DNA of 64,000 nt from Eledone cirrhosa (Eukaryota): positions 167,896,001 through 167,960,000 of the forward strand of contig OZ024742.1 of the NCBI GenBank assembly GCA_964016885.1, given 5' to 3'. Below are positions 54,901 through 64,000 of the stretch, piece after piece. Each line of letters opens with the position of its first letter. The first letter of the stretch is position 1. A program made the position numbers and the translations under genes. The notes below the pieces were generated by a model. It was not told where the DNA came from. It ran no database searches and was given only the letters and a program-made list of their open reading frames with translations.

Positions 54901-57900
54901 CTAAAATTCATAGAAATTCCTAAAATTCCTAAAATTCCTAAAATTCAAAAAATTCCTAAAATTCCTAAAATTCCTAAAATTCCTAAATTCCTAAAATTCC
55001 TAAAATTTATAAAATTCATTTACTAAAATTAGTAAAATTTTAAATTTCATAAAATTCATAAAATTCATAAAATTCCTAAAAATTCATAAAATTACGAAAA
55101 TTCGGAAAAATTCCTAAAATTATTAAAATTCAAAAAATTCAAAAAATTCCTAAGATTCATAAATTTCATAAAATTCATAAGATTCCTAAAATTCCTCAAA
55201 TTTATATAATTCATAAAATTCCTAAAATTCCTAAAATTTATAAAATTCCTAAAATTACTAAAATTCGTAAAATTCGTAAAATTCATAAAATTCCTAAAAT
55301 TCCTCAAATTCCAAAAATTCATAAAATTAAAATTCCTAAAATTAAAAAAGTTCATAAAATTCCTAAGATTCCTAAAATTCCTAAAATTCCAAAAATTCAT
55401 AAAACTCATAAAATTCATAAAAATTCATAAAATTCCAAGAAATTCAAAAAAATCCTAAATTTCCTAAAATTCCTAAAATTCTTAAAATTCATAAAATTCA
55501 TAAAATTCCTAAAATTCTTAAAATTCTTAAAATTCCTAAAATTCCTAACATTCCTAAAATTCCCAAAATTCCAAAAATTCCTAAAATTCCTAAAATTATT
55601 AAAATTCATAAAATTCATAAAATTCATAAAATCTATAAAATTCCTAAAATTCCTAAGATTCCTAAAATTCCTAAAATTTATATAATTCATAAAATTCCTA
55701 AAATTCCTAAAATTTATAAAATTCCTAAAATTACTAAAATTCGTAAAATTCCTAAAATTCATAAAATTCCTAAAATTCCTCAAATTCAAAAAAATTCATA
55801 AAATTAAAATTCCTAAAATTCAAAAAGTTCATAAAATTCCTAAGATTCTTAAAATTCCTAAAATTCCAAAAATTCCAAAAATTCATAAAATTCATAAAAT
55901 TCATAAAAATTCATAAAATTCCAAGAAATTCAAAAAAATCCTAAATTTCCTAAAATTCCTAAAATTCTTAAAATTCCTAAAATTCCTAAAATTCCTAAAT
56001 TCCTAAAATTCCTAAAATTCCTAAAACTCCAAAAATTCATAAAATTCATAAAATTCATAAAATTCATAAAATTCATAAAATTCCTAAAATTCATAAAATT
56101 CATAAAATTCATAAAATTCATAAAATTCATAAAAATTCATAAAATTCCTAAAATTCCTAAAATTCCAAAAATTCATAAAATTCATAAAATTCTTAAAATT
56201 TCTAAAATTCCTAAAATTCCTAAAATTCCTAAAATTCATAGACATTCCTAAAATTCCTAAAATTCCTAAAATTCAAAAAATTCCTAAAATTCCTAAAATT
56301 CCTAAAATTCCTAAAATTCCTAAATTCCTAAATTCCTAAAATTACTAAAATTCATAAAATTCATAAAATTTATAAAATTCCTAAAATTACTAAAATTCGT
56401 AAAATTTTAAATTTCATAAAATTCATAAAATTCATAAAATTCCTAAGATTCCTAAAATTCCTAAAATTTATAATTCATAAAATTCATAAAATTCATAAAA
56501 TTCCTAAGATTCCTAAAATTCCTAAAATTTATAATTCATAAAATTCCTAAATTTCATAAAATTTATAAAATTCCTAAAATTACTAAAATTTATAATTCAT
56601 AAAATTCATAAAATTCATAAAATTTATAAAATTCCTAAAATTACTAAAATTCGTAAAATTCCTAAAATTCATAAAATTCCAAAAATTCATAAAATTAATA
56701 AAATTCCTAAAATTCAAAAAGTTCATAAAATTCCTAAAATTCCTAAAATTCCTAAAATTCCAAAAATTCATAAAATTCATAAAATTCATAAAATACCTAA
56801 AAATTCATAAAATTCCAAGAAATTCAAAAAATCCCTAAAATTCATAAAATTCTTAAAATTCCTAAAATTCATAAAATTCATAAAATTTCAAAAGTTCCAA
56901 AAATTCCTAAAATTATTAAAATTCATAAAATTCATAAAATTCATAAAATTCCTAAAATTCCTAAAATTCATTAAATTCCTAAAATTCATAAAATTCCTAA
57001 AATTCATAAAATTCATAAAATTCATAAAATTCATAAAAATTCAAAAAATTACGAAAATTCCAAAAAAATTACTAAAATTCCTAAAATTCAAGAAATTCAA
57101 AAAATTCCTAAAATTCTTGAATTTCATAAAATTCCTAAAATTCCTAAAATTCCTAAGATTCCTAAAATTCCTAAAATTTATATAATTCATAAAATTCGGA
57201 AAATTTTTAAAAATTCCTAAAATTACTAAAATTCCGAAAATTCCAAAAAAATCCTAAAATTCCTAAAATTCCTAAAATTCCAAAAATTCATAAAATTCAT
57301 AAAATTCTTAAAATTCCTAAAATTCCTAAAATTCCTAAAATTTCTAAAATTCCTAAAATTCATAGAAATTCCTAAAATTCCTAAAATTCCTAAAATTCAA
57401 AAAATTCCTAAAATTCCTAAAATTCCTAAAATTCCTAAATTCCTAAAATTCCTAAAATTTATAAAATTCATTTACTAAAATTAGTAAAATTTTAAATTTC
57501 ATAAAATTCATAAAATTCATAAAATTCCTAAAAATTCATAAAATTACGAAAATTCGGAAAAATTCCTAAAATTACTAAAATTCAAAAAATTCAAAAAATT
57601 CCTAAGATTCATAAATTTCATAAAATTCATAAGATTCCTAAAATTCCTCAAATTTATATAATTCATAAAATTCCTAAAATTCCTAAAATTTATAAAATTC
57701 CTAAAATTACTAAAATTCGTAAAATTCGTAAAATTCATAAAATTCCTAAAATTCCTCAAATTCCAAAAATTCATAAAATTAAAATTCCTAAAATTAAAAA
57801 AGTTCATAAAATTCCTAAGATTCCTAAAATTCCTAAAATTCCAAAAATTCATAAAACTCATAAAATTCATAAAAATTCATAAAATTCCAAGAAATTCAAA

Positions 57901-58100
57901 AAAATCCTAAATTTCCTAAAATTCCTAAAATTCTTAAAATTCATAATATTCATAAAATTCCTAAAATTCTTAAAATTCTTAAAATTCCTAAAATTCCTAA
58001 AATTCCTAAAATTCCCAAAATTCCAAAAATTCCTAAAATTCCTAAAATTATTAAAATTCATAAAATTCATAAAATTCATAAAATTCATAAAATCTATAAA
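28000..58100 (+). repeat. Head-to-tail ~17.25 kb duplication: ~28000-41100 is repeated at ~45240-58100
   Basis: Pseudo-ORF pairs 28032/45271 (17239), 28824/46081, 30084/47341, 32909/50166, 33859/51116 (17257), 35839/53105 and 36687/53953 (17266). The marker GATTCTTTAATTTC was seen only near 3951, 28094 and 45333. Confidence 0.9.
28700..42640 (+). repeat. Two tandem ~7.0 kb super-units (two full HORs plus one truncated ~1.45 kb HOR each)
   Basis: Pseudo-ORF offsets 28824/35839 and 29672/36687 (7015), 32909/39912 and 33536/40539 (7003). Same period at 46081/53105, 46929/53953, 47341/54365 (7024) and 48032/55092 (7060). Confidence 0.88.
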
Positions 58101-61100
58101 ATTCATAAAATTCCAAGAAATTCAAAAAATCCCTAAAATTCATAAAATTCTTAAAATTCCTAAAATTCCAAAGATTCCTAAAATTCCTAAAATTCCTAAA
58201 ATTCAAAAAATTCATGAAAATCCTAAAATTCATAAAATTCCTAAAATTCCTAAAATTCATAAAATTCATAAAATTCATAAAATTACTAAAACTCATAAAA
58301 TTCCTAAAAATTCATAAAATTCCGAAAATTCCTAAAATTCCTAAAAATTCATAAAATTCCGAAAATTCCAAAAAATTCCTAAAATTCCTAAAATTCCTAA
58401 AATTCCAAAAATTCATAAAATTCATAAAATTCTTAAAATTCCTAAAATTCCTAAAACTCCTAAAATTCCTAAAATTCATAGAAATTCCTAAAATTCCTAA
58501 AATTCCTAAAATTCCTAAATTCCTAAAATTCCAAAAATTCCTAAAATTCCTAAAATTCCTAAAATTCAAAAAATTCATAAAAATCCTAAAATTCATAAAA
58601 TTCATAAAATTCATAAAATTCATAAAATTCCTAAAATTCCTAAAATTCAAAAAATTCCTTAAATTCCTAAAATTCCTAAAATTCCTAAAATTCCTAAATT
58701 CCTAAAATTCCTAAAATTCCTAAAATTCCTAAAATTTATAAAATTCCTGAAATTACTAAAACTAGTAAAATTTTAAATTTCATAAAATTCATAAAATTCA
58801 TAAAATTCCTAAAAATTCTTAAAATTACGAAAATTCGGAAAAATTGCTAAAATTCCTAAGATTCAAAAAATTCAAAAAATTCCTAAGATTCTTAAATTTC
58901 ATAAAATTCATAAATTTCCTAAAATTCCTAAGATTCCTAAATTTCCTAAAATTTATATAATTCCTAAAATTCCTAAAATTCCTAAAATTTATAAAATTCC
59001 TAAAATTACTAAAATTCGTAAAATTCCTAAAATTCATAATATTCCTAAAATTCCTCAAATTCCAAAAATTCATAAAATTAAAATTCCTAAAATTCAAAAA
59101 GTTCATAAAATTCCTAAGATTCCTAAAATTCCTAAAATTCCAAAAATTCATAAAATTCATAAAATTCATAAAATTCATAAAAATTCATAAAATTCAAAAA
59201 ATTCAAAAAAATTCCTAAAATTCCGAAAATTCTTAAAATTCCTAAAATTCCTAAAATTCCTAAAATTCCCAAAATTCCAAAAATTCCTAAAATTCCTAAA
59301 ATTACTAAAATTCATAAAATTCATAAAATTCATAAAATTCATAAAATTCCTAAAATTCATAAAATTCCTAAAATTCATAAAATTCCTAAAATTCCTAAAA
59401 TTCATAAAATTCATAAAATTCCTAAAAATTCAAAAAATTACGAAAATCCCCAAAAAATTCCTAAAATTCCTAAAATTAGTAAAATTTTAAATTTCATAAA
59501 ATTCATAAAATTCATAAAATTCCTAAAAATTCATAAAATTACGAAAATTCGGAAAAATTCCTAAAATTCCCAAAATTCAAAAAATTCAAAAAATTCCTAA
59601 GATTCTTAACTTTCATAAAATTCATAAAATTCATAAAATTCCAAAAATTTATAAAATTCATAAAATTCATAAAATTCCTAAAAATTCATAAAATTCCAAG
59701 AAATTCAAAAAATTCCTAAAATTCATAAAATTCTTAAAATTCCTAAAGTTCCTAAAATTCCTAAAATTCCCAAAATTCCAAAAATTCCTAAAATTCCTAA
59801 AATTACTAAAATTCATAAAATTCATAAAATTCATAAAATTCATAAAATTGCTAAAATTCATAAAATTCCTAAAATTTCTAAAATTCATAAAATTCCTAAA
59901 ATTCCTAAAAATTCAAAAAATTACGAAAATTCCAAAGAGATTCCTAAAATTCCTAAAATTCCTAAAATTCATAACATTTCTAATGTTCCTAAAATACATA
60001 AAATTCCAAAGATTCCTAAAATTCCTAAAATTCCTAAAATTCAAAAAATTCATGAAAATCCTAAAATTCATAAAATTCCTAAAATTCCTAAAATTCCTAA
60101 AATTCATAAAATTCATAAAATTACTAAAACTCATAAAATTCCTAAAAATTCATAAAATTCCGAAAATTCCTAAAATTCCTAAAAATTCATAAAATTCCGA
60201 AAATTCCAAAAAATTCCTAAAATTCCTAAAATTCCTAAAATTCCAAAAATTCATAAAATTCATAAAATTCTTAAAATTCATAAAATTCCTAAAACTCCTA
60301 AAATTCCTAAAATTCATAGAAATTCCTAAAATTCCTAAAATTCCTAAAATTCAAAAAATTCCTTAAATTCCTAAAATTCCTAAAATTCCTAAAATTCCTA
60401 AATTCCTAAAATTCCAAAAATTCCTAAAATTCCTAAAATTCCTAAAATTCATAAAATTCCTAAAATTCCTAAAAATTCAAAAAATTCCTTAAATTCCTAA
60501 AATTCCTAAAATTCCTAAAATTCCTAAATTCCTAAAATTCCTAAAATTCCTAAAATTCCTAAAATTTATAAAATTCCTGAAATTACTAAAACTAGTAAAA
60601 TTTTAAATTTCATAAAATTCATAAAATTCATAAAATTCCTAAAAATTCTTAAAATTACGAAAATTCGGAAAAATTGCTAAAATTCCTAAGATTCAAAAAA
60701 TTCAAAAAATTCCTAAGATTCTTAAATTTCATAAAATTCATAAATTTCCTAAAATTCCTAAGATTCCTAAATTTCCTAAAATTTATATAATTCCTAAAAT
60801 TCCTAAAATTCCTAAAATTTATAAAATTCCTAAAATTACTAAAATTCGTAAAATTCCTAAAATTCATAATATTCCTAAAATTCCTCAAATTCCAAAAATT
60901 CATAAAATTAAAATTCCTAAAATTCAAAAAGTTCATAAAATTCCTAAGATTCCTAAAATTCCTAAAATTCCAAAAATTCATAAAATTCATAAAATTCATA
61001 AAATTCATAAAAATTCATAAAATTCAAAAAATTCAAAAAAATTCCTAAAATTCCGAAAATTCTTAAAATTCCTAAAATTCCTAAAATTCCTAAAATTCCC

Positions 61101-63200
61101 AAAATTCCAAAAATTCCTAAAATTCCTAAAATTACTAAAATTCATAAAATTCATAAAATTCATAAAATTCATAAAATTCCTAAAATTCATAAAATTCCTA
61201 AAATTCATAAAATTCCTAAAATTCCTAAAATTCATAAAATTCATAAAATTCCTAAAAATTCAAAAAATTACGAAAATCCCCAAAAAATTCCTAAAATTCC
61301 TAAAATTCCTAAAATTCATAACATTTCTAATGTTCCTAAAATTCATAAAATTCCAAAGATTCCTAAAATTCCTAAAATTCCTAAAATTCAAAAAATTCAT
61401 AAAAATCCTAAAATTCATAAAATTCCTAAAATTCCTAAAATTCCTAAAATTCATAAAATTCATAAAATTACTAAAACTCATAAAATTCCTAAAAATTCAT
61501 AAAATTCCGAAAATTCCTAAAATTCCTAAAAATTCCTAAAATTCCGAAAATTCCAAAAAATTCCTAAAATTCCTAAAATTCCTAAAATTCCAAAAATTCC
61601 TAAAATTCCTAAAATTCTTAAAATTCCTAAAATTCCTAAAACTCCTAAAATTCCTAAAATTCATAGAAATTCCTAAAATTCCTAAAATTCCTAAAATTCC
61701 TTAAATTCCTTAAATTCCTAAAATTCCTAAAATTCCTAAGATTCCTAAATTCCTAAAATTCCTAAAATTCCTAAAATTCCTAAAATTCCTAAAATTTATA
61801 AAATTCCTAAAATTACTAAAATTAGTAAAATTTTAAATTTCATAAAATTCATAAAATTCATAAAATTCCTAAAAATTCATAAAATTACGAAAATTCGGAA
61901 AAATTCCTAAAATTCCCAAAATTCAAAAAATTCAAAAAATTCCTAAGATTCTTAACTTTCATAAAATTCATAAAATTCCTAAAATTCCTAAAATTTATAT
62001 AATTCCTAAAATTCCTAAAATTCCTAAAATTTATAAAATTCCTAAAATTACTAAAATTCGTAAAATTCCTAAAATTCCTAAAATTCCTAAAATTCCTCAA
62101 ATTCCAAAAATTCATAAAATTAAAATTCCTAAAATTCAAAAAGTTCATAAAATTCCTAAGATTCCTAAAATTCCTAAAATTCCAAAAATTCATAAAATTC
62201 ATAAAATTCATAAAATTCATAAACATTCATAAAATTCAAAAAATTCAAAAAAATTCCTAAAATTCCTAAAATTCTTAAAATTCCTAAAATTCCTAAAATT
62301 CATAACATTTCTAAAATCCTTAAAATTCATAAAATTCATAAAATTCCCAAAATTCCTAAAATTCCTAAAATTCCTAAAATTCCTAAAATTCAAAAAATTC
62401 ATAAAAATCCTAAAATTCCTAAAATTCATAAAATTCACAAAATTCATAACATTCATAAAATTCTTAAAATTCCTAAAAATTCATAAAATTCCGAAAATTC
62501 CTAAGATTCCTAAAATTCCTAAAATTCCAAAAATTCATAAAATTCATAAAATTCATAAAATTCATAAAAATTCATAAAATTCAAAAAATTCATAAAAATT
62601 CATAAAATTCAAAAAATTCAAAAAAATTCCTAAAATTCCTAAAATTCTTAAAATTCCTAAAATTCCTAAGATTCCTAAAATTCCTAAAATTCATAACATT
62701 TCTAAAATCCTTAAAATTCATAAAATTCATAAAATTCCAAAAATTCCAAAAATTCATAAAAATCCTAAAATTCCTAAAATTCATAAAATTCACAAACTTC
62801 ATAACATTAATAAAATTCCTAAAATTCCTAAAAATTCATAAAATTCCGAAAATTCAAAAAAATTCCTAAAATTCCTAAAATTCTTAAAATTCCTAAAATT
62901 CCTAAAATTCCTAAAATTCCTAAAATTCCTAAAATTCCTAAAATTCCTAAAATTCCTAAAAATACATAAAATTCCGAAAATTCAAAAAAATTCCTCGAAA
63001 TTCCTAAAATTCTTAAAATTCATAAAATTCCTAAAAATACATAAAATTCCGAAAATTGAAAAAAATTCCTCAAAATTCCTAAAATTCCTAAAATTAATAA
63101 AATTCCTAAAATTCCTAAAATACATAAAAATTCCTAAAATTCCTAAAATTCCTAAAATTACTAAAATTCCTAAAATTCCTAAAATTCCTAAAATTCCTAA
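58100..63200 (+). repeat. Diverged sub-family of the same satellite with its own variants and shorter periods
   Basis: Variants essentially confined to this stretch: TTCCAAAGATTCC, TTCATGAAAA, AAAACTAGTAAAA, TTCCTTAAA, CTTAACTTTC, TTCACAAA, CGAAAATCCCC. Landmark spacings are 1830, 1347 and 391 bp rather than ~2.76 kb. Confidence 0.85.
58640..61305 (+). repeat. 1830-bp-offset direct duplication (~58640-59475 = ~60470-61305)
   Basis: Identical pseudo-ORFs 58825/60655 and 59175/61005. AAATTCCTGA at 58741/60571 and CGAAAATCCC at 59441/61271, all offset 1830. Confidence 0.92.
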
Positions 63201-64000
63201 AACTCCAAAAATTCATAAAAGTCATAAAATTTATAAAATTCCTAAAATTACTAAAATTCGTAAAATTTTAAATTTCATAAAATTCATAAAATTAATAAAA
63301 TTCCTAAGATTCCTAAAATTCCTCAAATTTATAATTCATAAAATTCATAAAATTCATAAAATTCCTAAGATTCCTAAAATTCCTAAAATTTATAATTCAT
63401 AAAATTCCTAAATTTCATAAAATTTATAAAATTCCTAAAATTACTAAAATTTATAATTCATAAAATTCCTAAAATTCATAAAATTTATAAAATTCCTAAA
63501 ATTACTAAAATTCGTAAAATTCCTAAAATTCATAAAATTCCAGAAAATTCCTCAAATTCCAAAAATTCATAAAATTAATAAAATTCCTAAAATTCAAAAA
63601 GTTCATAAAATTCCTAAAATTCCTAAAATTCCTAAAATTCCAAAAATTCATAAAATTCATAAAATTCATAAAATACCTAAAAATTCATAAAATTCCAAGA
63701 AATTCAAAAAATTCCTAAAATTCATAAAATTCTTAAAATTCCTAAAATTCCTAAAATTCCTAAAATTCCAAAAGTTCCAAAAATTCCTAAAATTATTAAA
63801 ATTCCTAAAATTCATAAAATTCATAAAATTCATAAAATTCCTAAAATTCGTTAAATTCCTAAAATTCATAAAATTCCTAAAATTCATAAAATTCATAAAA
63901 TTCATAAAATTCATAAAAATTCAAAAAATTACGAAAATTCCAAAAAAATTACTAAAATTCCTAAAATTCAAGAAATTCAAAAAATTCCTAAAATTCTTGA

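Larger units (their letters stand above)
1..64000 (+). repeat. 9-bp-monomer satellite DNA array, consensus TTC(C/A)TAAAA, running off both window ends (about 7,100 monomers by length/9)
   Basis: Every line consists of head-to-tail TTCCTAAAA/TTCATAAAA and close variants (TTACTAAAA, TTCTTAAAA, TTCCAAAAA, TTCAAAAAA, TTTATAAAA, TTCGTAAAA, TTCCTAAGA). No orientation switch and no non-repeat insertion seen. Confidence 0.99.

Noticed and set aside
482-63914. More than 100 ORFs of 60-151 aa on both strands (NFR/NFM, KFL/KFI, KIP/KIH, GIL, EFY repeats)
   Set aside because: A 9-bp repeat is automatically stop-free in several frames, and the CAT variant supplies ATG on the minus strand. ORF ends coincide with off-length monomers. 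No domain, codon structure or gene context is evident.
1-64000. CRISPR array or other repeat-spacer system
   Set aside because: There are no unique spacers. Everything between landmarks is the same 9-mer, and no cas or other genes are present.
1-64000. Canonical telomerase-synthesised telomere tract
   Set aside because: Two co-dominant monomers, many fixed variants and kb-scale HORs indicate recombinational amplification. Only a GG dinucleotide is present, in about half the monomers. Kept only as a possible evolutionary origin.
1-64000. The C/A monomer string as an information-bearing code or a synthetic data-storage construct
   Set aside because: The pattern is explained by nested duplication, deletion and local monomer swaps. 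No framing, addressing or non-redundant content is visible.
1-64000. Embedded transposon, rRNA/tRNA or inversion
   Set aside because: No non-satellite sequence, terminal repeats, target-site duplications or strand switches were seen on reading through the window.
1-64000. G-quadruplex formation by the minus strand
   Set aside because: Only GG doublets separated by 7-nt AT loops and interrupted by TG monomers, so stable G4 is unlikely.

Overview
The whole 64-kb window is one uninterrupted, single-orientation, extremely AT-rich satellite array. The monomer is 9 bp, with two dominant forms, TTCCTAAAA and TTCATAAAA (minus strand TTTTAGGAA / TTTTATGAA). G is almost absent from the + strand. I see no genes, RNA genes, transposons, CRISPR arrays or unique sequence. 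All listed ORFs are tripeptide read-outs of the 9-mer (NFR/NFM, KFL/KFI, KIP/KIH, GIL, EFY) and are not credible CDS, but they are useful landmarks. Rare variant monomers recur in fixed order and reveal a nested higher-order repeat (HOR) hierarchy: 9 bp, then a ~2.74-2.79 kb HOR, a ~7.0 kb super-unit (two HORs plus a truncated one), a ~17.25 kb head-to-tail duplication, and a further copy offset by 24.1-27.5 kb. Local sub-families include a 2577/2363-bp triplication at 19.4-26 kb and a more diverged layer with a 1830-bp duplication at 58.1-63.2 kb. Second-look observations: several conserved variant clusters perfect short inverted repeats, HOR copies differ mostly by length-neutral whole-monomer swaps, a perfect three-pentamer heat-shock-element motif occurs about once per HOR, and a patch at 37.1-39.2 kb looks like sequencing or assembly error. 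This is most consistent with eukaryotic (peri)centromeric or subtelomeric heterochromatin. I cannot identify the organism or name the satellite family. Offsets were derived by hand from landmark motifs and ORF coordinates, and block boundaries are approximate.
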